DNA of 64,000 nucleotides, from positions 13,456,001 through 13,520,000 of the forward strand of contig NC_045696.1 in assembly GCF_009834535.1 (NCBI RefSeq). Reading direction: 5' to 3'. The DNA is from Camelus ferus (lineage: Eukaryota). Shown in pieces: positions 24,991-38,564 of the stretch. Both the position numbers and the translations under genes were made by a program. A model generated the notes under the pieces. That model made no database searches, was not told where the DNA came from, and saw only the letters and a list, made by a program, of their open reading frames with translations. The number at the start of each line of letters is the position of its first letter. Positions within the stretch are counted from its first letter, which is position 1.

Positions 24991-25687
24991 CCCTTAGGTA
25001 ATGTTTGCAGTTTTCACAATGAACATTGTTTTTTTATTGTTTACAAGGAAAGTCACAGCCTGGAAACTTGGCCAAGGTGGTGGTGGTGGGGAAGCACGGG
25101 GGACTCATGGATGTAAAATTTGGCAGTGTAAACAAAATCTATGGGGAAGATAATTTTTATGGGCAGACTATGCACACAAAGGAATGAAGACATGAAAGAT
25201 TATGGCATGTCATTAAGAAGGCTCTTCAAATATTCGTATCACACACGTAATTGAAATGACATTCAAAGTATTATTCTTGAAAAAGAAAACAAGTTTGAGC
25301 CCAGTATTCAAAATCAGTCCTGACATTTCTTATCACAAGAAGTCAAGGGGTATCTAGAGTGGAAAAAAAATTCTTCAAGTAAAGTACACTTGAATATCTA
25401 CACGTTCTTTCAAATCTGTGCTCACTTTGGCTTTCAACTGCCCAATTCATTCCATCCATGAGCTTCACATAGCTGTGTGAATCCAGCCAACAGTCCATAG
25501 ATTTGTGTTTTGCTTTTATGTCATTAATAAATGACAAACAAAGCATTTGAGAGCAAAAAGTTTGATGACACTGTTAGCATATCTTCAATTATCTTTCATA
25601 GAATACTTCTAGTCTCTTGTTTCTGGTGCGAGGAATGACTTTAAAATCTGCTGGAATTTAGAAGCACCGAGGATCCCTTGCTTACTT

Positions 25688-25694
25688 TGTGTGT

Positions 25695-25736
<42 letters not shown>
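25688..25736 (+). repeat. (TG)n microsatellite, one interruption
   Basis: Read directly. Confidence 0.97.
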
Positions 25737-25741
<5 letters not shown>

Positions 25742-27245
25742 TGCCTTGGTGAGTAAAATAAAAGATCCTTGGGGACAAAAGGTGCAAAGCTGTTTCTCAC
25801 AATGGAATAAAAAGAGGCAATGCACTAAAGATGAAAAAGTGAAACATAAGTTAAGCTTAAGAAAATAGGACAAAGTGAGGAAAACTAAAGGAGAGGGAAG
25901 ATGAGAAGGAGTGGGCGGGGGACTGGAGAGAAGACGAAGGGACAGAAATTCTTGGTGTGCACCTAATTTGCCCTTTTAAAAATGCTCCTGTATCATAATC
26001 ATCAATTATCAGGACTTTAAAAAAAAAAAAAAAGCTAAAGTTAATAATGAAGACAAGAGAAAGAGGCTTCAGGAAAAGCAGGTGTGGGGAAAATGAATGC
26101 CTGAGACCCCCTCGGCATTACGTCTGCTTTTCAACAGGCTTCTCAGAGAGTTCTACTCAAAATCAGACCTGAAAAGACAGTGTTTGTTTGTTGTTTGCTG
26201 TTGGTTTGTGTAACATTTATTTTATGGTAATTTCCTTTAAAACATCGAAAATACAGTGACATGAAAAGTAAATCTATTTTAAGCGAGACAGTCTGGTATA
26301 TAGCTGTCATCCTCTGAGTGGGCAGTAAGAGCCTACAGAAATTGCCATTAGAGAGAAAACATTGATGTCCACTTGGGAAGGGAACCTGGAAGCTGTAAGT
26401 TATTTTGGAATCTTTTCTTCCAGTTTTGCTGTTTTCAAAGATCCTTCCAGGCTCTTGGGTCCACTAAAATTTCTCTACAAACTTATCTTTTTACCGATCT
26501 TTATTTTTCTTTTTTTCCATTTTTACAGAGTATGTATTTCTGCTGTGGTATTTGTCAAAGCAGTCCTGGGAAGCCATTAAGTTATACAGTTGGGACCTAC
26601 ATATATACCAGGTTAAGCCTGATGAGAAATGCCAGCTAATGTTCCCACTCTTATTTCTCTGTTTTATTTTATTTTTTTTTTATTTTTCAACAAATACATG
26701 CTGAAGCTCTGCTCAGTGGCTTGGAGGAAGACAAGCAGTTGGCTCTGGAATAATGGGAAGGTGATTGGTGGTGGAGATGGAGGAGAATGGAGACGGAGTG
26801 GATGGAGAAGAATTTACCAGTGGGATGACACCTAAGCCGAAAACTGATGCATAGACCTGGTTTTATTCCACAGGATCCAGGGGTTCCTTGAGAAAGCTTC
26901 GTGTCTGAGAGATTTGGGAATCAGTGGGCATCCTAACTTACATCACTCATAAATGTGGACCATTTCCAATATTGAAAGTAGGGTATAATTATACATGGAC
27001 ATATAAGAACACACATAAACATTTTTTCTGCTTCCAAAAATAACTCATTGTAGAAAAAATATAAAGACAAAAAACACACTAAGAACTGAAAAAATGTAAT
27101 CAAATCCCACCACAGCTAGTGACCACTGATTTAATTTTTGTGTATTTTCTTACAGTCTCTTTTCAAGTCGTAACTGAGTACACTTAGCATTTTTTATCTT
27201 ATATTTCTAAACAGTGTAAACTACACTTTTGCAAGTCCTTTAAAC

Positions 27246-27438
27246 TAGGGTTGACAGATTTAATAAATAGAAATACAAAACACCCAGGTGCATTTAAATT
27301 TCATATAAACAATGAGTAACATTTAGCTTAAGTATGTAGTATACAATATTTGGGCCATCCTTATACTAAACAAATTATTCATTTTTCATCTGAAGTTCAA
27401 ATGCAGCTGAACATCCTATGTTTTATCTGGTAAGCTTA
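27246..27438 (+). mobile_element. MER53 palindromic hAT MITE, full length
   Basis: tagggttgacagattt...atttcatataaacaatga...ttattcatttttcatctgaagttcaaat...ttttatctggtaagctta follows the MER53 consensus end to end. Confidence 0.88.
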
Positions 27439-27899
27439 TCTAAAACACATCTTGATTGTAATTTTAAAAGTCTTCAAAATATTAGATTACATGATATATC
27501 ATAACTGAGGACTTCACCATCCATTCCCTCTCTGTTGGAAATACATTTTTCCAATTTTTTATTTTGCTAAGTGTTGCTGAATTTTACAATATTTCCCAAG
27601 AGAGATGCTTAGAAACGAAATCATTAGACCCAAGGGCAAAAACAAGCTTTTCAGTCCATGATAGCAATTATCAAATTATACTAGCTTTCATCTATCCTTT
27701 GCCAACATTATAATTACTTTTTATAGTCCTAGCCAGCTTAGAAGGTAAACGATAGCACAGTTATTTTACACTAAATAAAATAGATTTAATGTTATAAATT
27801 TATGTTCAAATAAACTGTTACATTTTTAAAAACAGTCAGTTTCTTTTTAGCCACTCAGACTCGTGCTTCTTTTCCAATATGTAACTTTGTGATTAACAG

Positions 27900-28410
27900 A
27901 CCGTCACATCCCTTAGAGCCTCCTTATATTTCCCTTGTTGCTTTGCTAAGTCCGGTCTTACCTTGTATCAATCTCTATAATGTAAATCTGGTATTTCTCT
28001 ATGCTTTAAATGCTTCATTCACCTACCCTCTCTCATCCCCTTAGAAATGGGATTATGTTCCAGTCCCTTGAGACACGTGAGATTTTTCAACATCTGCTCA
28101 TCTAGTTTTCTAGTTCACTTCTTACCCATCACATGTCAGGTTTTAGTCACATGGACTAACTTGCATTTCCCCAAGTGCCCCAAGTCACGTGACATACCCA
28201 GGACTTCTGCAAATGCTTCTCTCTGTCTGCAAAGCCCTCTATCTCCAGCCTGTCCTTCAGAGCTTGGCCAGATCACTGCCTTCTTCTACTCTCCTTGGAT
28301 GGAGCTGCCTTCATCCACCCGCCTGGCTGTGCTCTTTCTCTTCCTGAAGGCAGGGACTGTACCATCTTCAACTGGTTTTATGATTTAGTAAGATGCTTGG
28401 AGCAAGGCAG
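27900..28410 (+). mobile_element. L2 3' fragment
   Basis: Pyrimidine-rich L2-like body ending ttcctgaaggcagggactgt. Confidence 0.55.
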
Positions 28411-28421
28411 ATAACCAACTT

Positions 28422-28640
28422 ACAATAACAACAACAATATGAAATCCACCACTTTTAGAGCACTTAAAAATCATGAGGCACTCTGCAAAGCTGCCTTTAT
28501 CTGTTTTAACTCATTTTATTCCAGTGAACAAGGTAATATCTTCACTCTACAGATGATGAAAGCGAGTCCTAGAGAGACTAAACAACCTGTTTAAGACTAT
28601 GGGTTATAACTGGAATAGCCAGGACGCAACCGAGTTTTAA
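28422..28640 (-). mobile_element. MIR SINE
   Basis: gagcactta...aggcactctgcaaag...taactcattt...ctctacagatgatgaaa (antisense MIR). Confidence 0.7.
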
Positions 28641-28699
28641 GCTAATGTTTTCACTGTATAAGTGGATCAGAGACGGAAAAAGGGGAAGAAAAAAGAAAG

Positions 28700-28701
28700 G
28701 A

Positions 28702-28777
<76 letters not shown>

Positions 28778-28779
28778 AA
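28700..28779 (+). repeat. Perfect (GAAA)20 tetranucleotide repeat
   Basis: 80 bp uninterrupted, inside a longer purine-only tract (~28675-28782). Confidence 0.98.
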
Positions 28780-29369
28780 AAGTCTAGTCTCTGTCACGTG
28801 CTTTCAGTGTAAATTATGAAGAAGACATACACATGGAAGCATTGCTGGTGGTCCATGTATGTTGCTGTGGGGGATTAAAAAAAAAAAAGACCACAGGCTA
28901 AGAATTTTGAGTTATGGCTCTTGGGGTTTGCTCAAGATCTGCACACAGGAAGAAGTGAGGGGAGGTGACTTCCGGAGAAAGCCAATTATTGTCATCTCAA
29001 TTGTAGAAGATCTCTTTTGTAGATGAGTGTAATTCAAGACTCCTTCAGCCCAGTGCTACAGAAAAACAGTGGAAGACTGAACTTGATACGTTTATGGGCA
29101 GTCAGGGAGAGGCTTTGAAGAAGAGATGGAACTCCAGGGGTACTGAGGTTACCAAGAATTCAAGTAACAGTAGGGTAAAGGGAGTTGTAAAGACAAGGGA
29201 TGAGGTTAGACATAAAGATATACAGGAATTTGTAGCCAAACTGTTTAAATGTACTGAAAGTCATTGAATAAAAACAAAACTCTATGGAGTTTTTCATGTC
29301 AGGACTTTCAGGGATTTCAATATGCTAAAATCCCCTGAGACTGCAGGAAAGGGGGGCGGCAACTCTATG

Positions 29370-29590
29370 TTTAAGTGTGTGGGTCCCAGAGTCTGACATC
29401 CCAGGGCTCAAATCCTGGCTCTGATTCTTACCAGTTAAGTAACCTTGGATACATCCCTTATCTTATTCTAGGCCTTAGTTTGTCTTTTCATCTATTAGTC
29501 AACTATGTAGAGTTGTAAGAATTAAATAATACAAAGCATATACGTTCTTAGTGTCTGGTACAAAGAAAATCCCCAACGGCTATGGGCTAT
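29370..29590 (+). mobile_element. MIR SINE
   Basis: agagtctgac...gggctcaaatcctggctctgattcttaccagttaagtaaccttgg...gttgtaagaattaaataa. Confidence 0.8.
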
Positions 29591-30959
29591 TTGAAGATCA
29601 CATTACTCAGCATATTCTAACTTCTAAACTTCTAACTTACTTGGTCAGGAACCTTTTCTTTCCTTTTCTTTTTTAAAACTGTGACACATTTAGCAGGACA
29701 AAGATTCTGGAATATCTTCGGGAAATATTGCTGTAGTGAAATATTGCCCATGAGATAACTTGGGACCAGTTCTGGAGCCTTGAAAGTCAGGACAAGTTAG
29801 ACTTTATCTTATGAAAAGATGGCAAGTTACCAACTGACCAGGGGGATGGTGTGTTGAAGCAGAGTTTTAGGGAAGTGCATAGCATAACCTGGGTGGGAGA
29901 AAATTGAGCAGGGCAACCAATTGGCAGGTAAGTGTCTAGTTCCTTAAATGGAAATAAGAGGCAAAACAGGGTTGGTAGAACATGGTGATGTGGTTGAATG
30001 TGATAGACACCACAGAGCTGCAGATGGAACGTGGCAATTGATTATCAGTAGCAACTGGTTTCCATACTTTGTAAACTTCAACAGACACGTTGGTTCATGA
30101 TTACACTGAAATCATGAAAGCCTGCTATTTTGAAGTTTCAGAAAATATTTTCAAAACTATTGTTTACTAAGAAGAGTCATGGTATTGATTTTGGTATTTT
30201 TCCTATCATAGGTCATATATAGTAGTTCCAGTTTTTAAAAGAAATGTTTGTGTGTCTGCACATTCATGTGTATGTACACATTGTTTCTTTTGTCAATTCA
30301 TTCTTCTTGTTTCCTTCAAATTAATTAAGTTTGCAAAGGGTAGATTTATTTTTACCTTAGCACCACTTTATCTATACTCCTCCCTAATTATAGCCTGTGT
30401 TCACTGGACGTCTGAGGAACAGACTACTGTTTAGTGCCTCTGTAATTGGCTCAAGAAAACACTTCAAGTCTCTGAGCCATCATTTCCACCAGGATTCCTG
30501 GTAGAAATGATTACTCTCTATCTTCACCCAGTGATGCACTGAAATCAATAATCACAGCACATTTCCCAGATGTCAAGAGGATTTTGTTCTAGGATAGAAG
30601 TGAGAGCTGGATTTGACTCCAGCGTAGCCTTGATTTGAATCACCTTCTGCTGCTCTCAGTGGCACTATTTTCTATTAGTTGTCACTCATGTTGGTAGATC
30701 CCAAGTACCTTTGTACTCAGCTGCAGTGGCATCCTCTGGGCTGCAGCAACCATCACGGTTTCCTTAAGGTCTCAGTACTGTGCCTCCACTTAGGGTAGCT
30801 TCTGGAAAGAGTGACTCCCAGCACTTCCTCTTTTCTTCCTCCTTTCCTCCTCCTCTTGCTCCTGCTCCTTCTTTTTCTCCTCCTGTCCCTCATCCGCCTA
30901 TCTTCCCTGTCCTCTGCATCCTTGTCTGTTCTTCTTCCTTTCTTTTATTTATTTTTTTA

Positions 30960-31150
30960 AGCCACCATATACTTAGAGTCCATCATGACCTGGATACCAT
31001 ATTGGGCCCTTTTATATATTTATCTCAGTTTAATTTGATACAACCTTTTGAGGCAGAAATTATAATGCCCATTTCAGAGATGAGAAAATAAAATCTCAGA
31101 AATATTCACTTGGATTTTGGAGCCTGGCTGACTCTAAAGTTCATACTAAT
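30960..31150 (-). mobile_element. MIR SINE
   Basis: tatctcagtttaatttgatacaaccttttgaggcagaaattataatgcccatttcagagatgagaaaa. Confidence 0.75.
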
Positions 31151-31407
31151 TCCTGAAAACAGTGGTGGCAACTCCTCATACTGGAGGTTCCTTGTTGTGG
31201 TACATAATGGCCTTCATCATGAGGTGTTTTGATTATTCCTGCTGAAAAAGCTGGGACATCTGTCTGGTCTCTCAATTAAAGAGTGCACAGTTATCCTGGA
31301 CAGGCACTTGGTGCAGACTCCCACCTGAACTGCCACTGCTCTGTGAAACTGTAAGCCATTCCTTCAAGGATGACTTTGTCAAGTTAAGTATAGGGTCACC
31401 CTTGACG

Positions 31408-31436
31408 GTTTTGTTTTGTTTTGTTTTGTTTTGTTT
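31408..31436 (+). repeat. (TTTTG)n repeat
   Basis: Read directly. Confidence 0.9.
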
Positions 31437-31471
31437 CATTACACTGTCCCAAAAAGATAGATGGAAGGACT

Positions 31472-31972
31472 GAGGATTAATCAAGGTTTTCCAGAAAACA
31501 GAACAAACCAATAGGATGTATAGATAGAGAGACAGGTATTATAATAATTGACCCATATGGTTATGGAGGCTGAGAAGTAGCAATCTGTCCTCTGTAAGCT
31601 GGAGAACCAGGAAAGCCAGTGGTGGAATTCAGTCTCAACTCTAAGGCCTGAGAATCAGGGAGTCATTGATATCAGTTCCTGAGTCCAAAGGCCAGAGAAC
31701 CAGGAACTCCAATGTTCAAGGACAAGAAAATATCAACACTCCAGCTCAAGAAGGGAGAATGCATCCTTCCTTTGCCTTTTTGTTCTAATCAGCCCCCAAG
31801 TGGATTGGATGATGCCACAATGGGGAGGGCACATCTTCTTTTACTCAGTCTACTAAGTCAAATGTGAATCTCTTCCAAGAACAGCCTCAGAGACGTACTT
31901 AGCAACAATGTTTTACCAGCTATCTGGGCACCCTTTATCCCAGTCAAGTTGACATATAAAATTAAACATCAA
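31472..31972 (-). mobile_element. MLT2 (MLT2B-like) ERVL solo LTR
   Basis: tggaggctgagaagt...aagctggagaaccaggaaagccagtggt...ttttaccagctatctgggca...cccagtcaagttgacatataaaattaa is the reverse complement of the MLT2 consensus. Confidence 0.9.
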
Positions 31973-31974
31973 GT

Positions 31975-32070
31975 ATATATGAGTTATATATATAAGAAAG
32001 GAATAATATATATAAGATTGTATAGAGGATATATATGATTATATATATATATATTTATATATATATAAAT
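31975..32070 (+). repeat. Degenerate (TA)n tract
   Basis: Read directly. Confidence 0.85.
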
Positions 32071-33689
32071 ATGAGTTCATATTTGTGGTTTTATCTTTCT
32101 ATCTGTCTCCTGGCAACTGTTACTACTAGGTACATAGATGCTTTGAACAGATATTTGGACTTTTCTTATTGAAAGTGCTCAGTGATATCTGGCATGCACT
32201 GAGTAATCAGTAGCTGGTAATTATCTTTCCTTCCCTTCCCTTTTTCCTTACATCAAATACATTATCCGCACCCTCCACCAAAATATATAGCAATTTATTT
32301 GTGTCCCATTTGTCCCAAGTTTTGAATGCTGTAATTATCTTGATTCCACAGATGCTCTGACGATATCAGAATCTAACCCCTACCAGCAATGTATTTTTCA
32401 ATAATTTATTCTTTCCTTGCAAATTATATTCAGCATGCCTGCTCTTTATGCTGCTTTTCCTATATTTGCTGGAATTCACGTCTTATGATGCTTGCATTGC
32501 CTTGGGAAGGGTTATCTGTTGGAATTACACCAATGTTATCCCAGTGCTATTAAATCTGTGATGCAGTTTCATTTAATATCTTCTTTTGAAGTTCATTTTG
32601 GAATCAGAGTTAGAAACTCATATAAACTTTATTTTTTTAACAGAATCTGTAACATTTTTGAAAATTCTTTACTTTTACCACATACATAAATTGAATAAAG
32701 TTTAATCATTTCTTTAGCTTTTGGAAAATAATTATGGTTCATCAACTATGCTTCCTAGAGGAGTCACTGAACCAAGAATACACTCTACATGATAAATTAC
32801 AATCTACTTAATAACCAGCAAATTAAGGAGAGCTAGCGCAAAGGAATGTAAACAAATAACCTCTGAACATAAAGCCTTCTTTAACACAAGAGGAGACCTT
32901 CCCAAAAGATACATGGTTAAAGGTATACGTTCAACTATATTTAGAATAAAAACTTGCTAAAATATTCCTAAACTGTATCTTTTAAAAATCTGTATCTCCA
33001 TATGCCATGACAAGCATCAATATTTATTTATGCATTTGCAGCAAAAGCAGTGATGTCTTTCTCCTCAGAAATAAAATGCCCTATAGCTCCTTTATATTTT
33101 ATAACTTTAAAATTTCATTGAAGTTAGCTGAGGAATAGTGCAGAGATGTAGTCTTCTTTGTGAAGGAATTTTAATTCTTAATTAATCATTTTTATAAATT
33201 TATTGCAGAGGGGTCTTTTGAGGATTAATGAGACAATATTTCAAAGCATTTTCTCATTAATTCTCTAAATCTTGGGTAACAGGCTTTAGCTAACATAAGA
33301 AGGATTATATTACTATTATTCACAATAAGAAAGCTAGAATATCAAGTAATTCCTTAACTAAATTTTGTAGGATGAAATATATAAATCACTAAGAGTTGAA
33401 TTATTAAGTCTAAATGGCACCAGTCCACAAAATGATATCTCATGCTATATTACAGATTGTGAATTAGATCATTTCAGAGTTTCACAACGAATCATATTGG
33501 AAATACTTGGTGACATACACATCCCGTATTATTGTTTTATGTGGTCAGTGCTGTTTTGTACATCAAGATTTCATTCTTAACATGATTATTGTAATACACA
33601 GTATCCAACCCAACCTAAAGCTTGTTATTTTGTGGTTGTGTCTTAGTTGAGAATCATTAAATCAAACTTAGGAGCAGTGTAACTGAACA

Positions 33690-34790
33690 CAAAGCATGTT
33701 GTACCTAGTAAGCCTATGAGACACAGAGATGAGAAAGTCACCTTTTGTACCTTTCACAATCAAGTAAAAAAATCCAGCCTGGCAATATATCTTGAGAAAA
33801 GAACCATTAAAGACACAATAAAGACAGTCCGAAAATGCTTCTGAATATGGATGGGATGTAGTAAGATTAATTCTGTCTAAGCTATGCCCTGGGAAGGCTC
33901 TTTGGAGAAAACGTTTGGAAGATATTAAGCATAGAGGGCATTTCCATAAGAAGACGTGGAAGTAAGGGTATCTTCCCTGGGAACAGGTGAAAGCAGAGAG
34001 GTGGGAAAGTACAACATAGCAGAATTAGTGGGAGAATGGAGAGTAAATAAATGCCCTTGTTTACTTGCACTGCATGTAAGGGACAGCAGGGAAGGGAGGA
34101 GCGATGGCCTCAACAAGAGCTAATGAGGAAGTGAACTTCAGAAGTGTCTGGGAAAATGTGCTCAACAGACCTTTACTTAGCATGTCACGTATGCTGGGAG
34201 AAGGGGGCTGGAAGGTGAAGGAGATCACACTGCAGTGTGCTTGGGGCTGCGGTGGATGTAGGCATAGGGTACCACAGAAACATTCGGTGGGGGGCACCTC
34301 CCTGGAAAGTGGCTGGGAAGGAGCACTCAAAGGGAAGTGGAGGATGTCAGCGAAAGGAACCAGGTTAAGAGACTTCAAAGGTGAAGCCACAGAATTCAGC
34401 CACTGAATTGTTGAAGGAGGATCAGAAAAGAGAGAAGTTGATAAAAGATGAATCTGAAATTCCTGATTTGAAACCCGAGGGTCTGAGACTGTCCATGCCG
34501 TCAGCAGAATTAAGAAACACAGAAGAAGGAACAACTTTGAGTAGAAGACAGAGGGTTCAGCTGTGGACACGTTGGGTTTGAAACAAGTTGAGGAAAACCT
34601 AACTGGAAATCTTCCGAACGCAGGAGCAATTGGTGATCTGGCGTCTACGGGGGAAGCCAGGTAAGGAGGCATCTATGTGGGAGTCTTCATTACAGAGAAG
34701 GCTGAAACGATGGAATCCAGAGAAGCTTAAGGGTGAAGCAAGCTGCCAAAGAGGAAGAAGAGCTGGTGAAAGCAATTAAGAAGGCACTGT
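33690..34790 (-). mobile_element. L2 LINE fragment(s)
   Basis: gaattcagccactgaattg and gagggttcagctgtggacacgttgggtttga are antisense L2 motifs. Translation FKPNVSTAE resembles the L2 RT motif LKLNMSKTE. Confidence 0.7.
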
Positions 34791-37049
34791 TTACACCAGT
34801 CACACAGGCATCCTTAGGCTTAAATGTACAATAAGCTCTTGTTATAAATGTAAGGCGGATTTGCTCTAATGTGAATTACTCACATGCTCTTAAAATTAAA
34901 TCGCACAATTAGTTAAAAAAAAAAAATTTATACAAGTCAGATAGCGGAAAGCTACCAAATATCCTGGAGTGAGTTTGCGTGTACCTAAGCATATCTGACA
35001 ACTTTAAGAGAAATTATTTTCTTCACTATTTTTCTTTTAATTAAGTGTGTTTAGGTTTGGCTCCAGAATTTTATTCATCTTCTTAAAACCTGATGATTGT
35101 AATGTTGATTCATGGTTTCTCAACTAGTGCCGATTTTTTTCCCCTAAAGTTAAAACTAGTAGGAGAATTAGCAGCTCCAATCATCCATCTAGAGACACTT
35201 TAGGAAAAACAGTAGCTCATTAAAGAGTTATTTTATTCAAAGGAAATAGGATAATAAGGCCAGACAATTTTGTAACTGTCTTCAATTCATTTCCTTTAGA
35301 TGCAAGGTAATAACAACCTCTTCACACGGCTCTAGTTCTTTGAATTTTTTTTTTTAACTAAATGCTTGAAATTAAACAGGAGATGAAGGAAAACTCAAGC
35401 AAACAATCTCAAAGACCTATTAGCATTTAACCTCTTAATCTTATGTAGTGAAAAGTGTTTACATATACAATTGTTACAACAATGATTCCCCAAAGCCCTT
35501 GGGGGGGCCTCTATTTTACAGAGGGGCCATATTTTCAAAATGCAATTTTTATAATAACCCAAATCAGGAAACGAAATTACTCAAACTTCACTGTATTTTA
35601 AACGTAGCACTACTTCACCTCTAATGTAATCAAATATTGAGGTGTTAAATGAAATTATAAATTTTAAGTCTTTACTACTGAATATACCATTTATATCTCT
35701 TAAGCATTGACAAGATGAAAATATTTACCTTTTTATTTGTCAGCAAAGTTTAATTTAAAAAACACCCTTATTAGAAAAATCTTTACCAAGTCATTTCATG
35801 TTACTTTGAATCAGAATGATTTTATTTCTCTGCCAAGGAAATGCAGTCAACTTCAGCTGCGCATTAAGAATAATGGACTAGCAAGATAGCAAATTCCAAT
35901 TTCCTATGATCAGAGAATCTTATTACCTTTATCCTCTCTCTTCCTTCCTGTTCACATAGGAAGTTAAAAGATGCTTTTCAGTTTGAATTTGCTTAGCTCT
36001 ACATTATCCTAAGTGAAAGGTGATGTTCTGGGGACTGGCCAAGCACTAAGAAATGCAGTTCCAAAGCCCAAGTTTATTTCTGGTTGCTGTTAAATTTCCC
36101 CATTTGTTGTTAAATGTGCAGACTGCAAAGTAGCATATTGTTCATGACAACTCTGCACAATGGTGGAGATCTGCAGATGGTGTGTCTTTTCAAATATGAT
36201 AAATGCCTAATTTAATGGTGATTTGTGGCAATCAGGACAATGCTGCAGGCTCCTCGAGCTCAGAGATGTCTTGGTGGTAGATCCAGGGGCAGCAGATGGG
36301 CTCAGGCCCGTGTGTGAGCTTGTAGCAAATGTTACACGCTTTAATCTTAAAGCTGAAAGAGACCACCATTCTTATAAATGAGCAGATGGAAGTCCAGGAA
36401 GGTTAGGTGATAGGGCCAAGCTTTTTGGGGCTTGTAGCACTCCAGGTCGGGGGCCACTGGGCAATACCAATGAGATTTGTTTTGAGAAGCATCTGGGGGA
36501 CAACAACGTCAAGACTGAATTTCCATAGACAAATCTAAGCCTGATTTGTCTTTATAACCCAGCATAGATTCTGACACACTGTAAATATCAATAAGTGTTT
36601 ATAGAATGGAAATGAATGGATTAAAATAATTTAAAGTACCCTGAACCATCTGTAACTTTTTCTGGTAGTCTCCCCTTTATGATGGCTTTGCCTTATTTCT
36701 CCTCTAATTAATGCCCAATCTATTTGCCCTATCTGCTAGATACCTTCCCCCTGATGCTGAAATGTTATGGGGTGTATGTTTATTTGTGCTTACTAAGCAG
36801 ATTAGGCTAATAGGATTAAAAAACAATACTTTTTCCCCCCTGGGAATTCAACCACAATGCAGAACTGAAAAAAGAAAGTGGGCTTCAGAGTCTGAAGATT
36901 CTTAGTTTTCAAAGGAAGAATTAAGGATCAGAAAGGCTGAGTGGCTTACTCTGGACCACAAGTAGATGAGCAACTTGTTCCACATGAAGGTTATATTCAT
37001 CTAACACATGTATCTGGAACTCTGTTGGAAATATTTGCATACAAAATCA

Positions 37050-37205
37050 TGCTTCACAATGACTAGGTTCCTCATTTTTTACAGCAGACTAAGAAGCCAA
37101 TACCCAGAGAGCTTAAGGCACAAACAGAAGGTTCCCTCACTAACAGGAAGTGAAATTGAAATGTAAATCAGGATCATCTGATTTCCTGTCCCTTTCTCTT
37201 TCTAC
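37050..37205 (-). mobile_element. Decayed MIR
   Basis: ctcattttttacagcagactaagaa...cccagagagcttaag...aggaagtg...aaatcaggatcatctgatttcc. Confidence 0.5.
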
Positions 37206-38564
37206 TCTCCTGTGACGTGACTGCTTTGGCCCGAGTGGGAACTAGAGCTCCTTCCATGAGTTGGACTCATTCTTCGATATAAAAGATGACAAGTGTTTAT
37301 CAGCTTTGGTAATCAGTTGTTTCTCAACATGGTATCAAAATACTATGTCATTTTTCATTCAGGAAAAAAAGATAAAAACACATACACACTTATCTATCAG
37401 TGGCACATTTTCCATTTTCTTTGCACCACCATCGATTGGTTTAGCTCTTCCACTCATTTATTGAGCCCCCATGATAAACCATACACATGAGGCAAGATAG
37501 TGGGAATTCAAAAATTAATAAAACTTAGTTCTTTGTGTCAGGGGATTCATAGAATAGACAGGGGTAAGAGTGGGGGAAAGCCTTTAGAGAGAAAAATGAA
37601 GATAATGGTGGTAATAATAAATAGAGAAATAAGCAAGAAAGTCTAAACAGCTACTTTTAGGTTGTTTAAGAAGAGACGGGATATTTTGGTGGTTTCACTG
37701 TTTGGAAAAGGTTGACATTATCTTATGTATGCTAAATCTTTAGATGATATGATATAAAGTGTATTCAAGAGGGTAGATTGACTGTCATAGAAACTTGGCA
37801 TAAATTTCACTTTCTTGGTTTCATTCCTGTCCTCCATACCCAATTCCAAGGTTCCCTGAAGACTACCATATTAGTCTTAGGTAAATTTTTTAGCTTTTAA
37901 AAAAGCCTGGCCCACAATCAGTCTTTCCCAACATTCACTAACATCAAAGACTTCGTTGGCCATTTCCTTCTTTGTCCATTGCCCTTCCCCTCTGTCACTG
38001 AGGAAATGTTTTCATGTTAGAAATGTTTCCTAATTGAGGAGGATGTTGAAAGAGAAGAGGGCTGCTGGTTAAGAATTACTCATGTTGTCTCCCTCCCAAT
38101 TCTGTGCTCCGACAATGACACTCTAATTTATGGGTTGACCACTGAGAGGACAAGTCCATGATGGGGCAGACCCCAGAGGAATGATCATGATCAGTCTTTA
38201 TCATCTCATCATCCCATCTATAAGCTTTCTTCATATATTACTGCCGAGGCAACTTGTTTGTCCACCACAGGAATGAATTTACTACAGGCTTCCCCATTTC
38301 TTATGACCTCAAGTTGTTGGCATATTGGAAGTGTCCTTATGAACATCAAAGTCTTACTCAAGTTCTGAAGGCCCAAGTCAAGTGCAACTTCCTCTAGAAG
38401 AACTTGCTTTCATTGTGTGATCTGAATCAACTGACCTTTCACTTCTATCCAGAACATGACAAAGATTTATAGTTAGTATGTATAATGATATTTTGCAAAT
38501 TGGAATGGACCTTAAAGTTTTATTCAAGATTTGTAAGGACTGGCATTCTTATCTGTATCTTTCA

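Noticed and set aside
34061..34672. 203-aa minus-strand ORF
   Set aside because: Lies in a decayed L2. Only a short stretch is in the L2 RT frame before a frameshift, and the rest is low-complexity Ser/Pro/Leu sequence typical of pyrimidine-rich strands.
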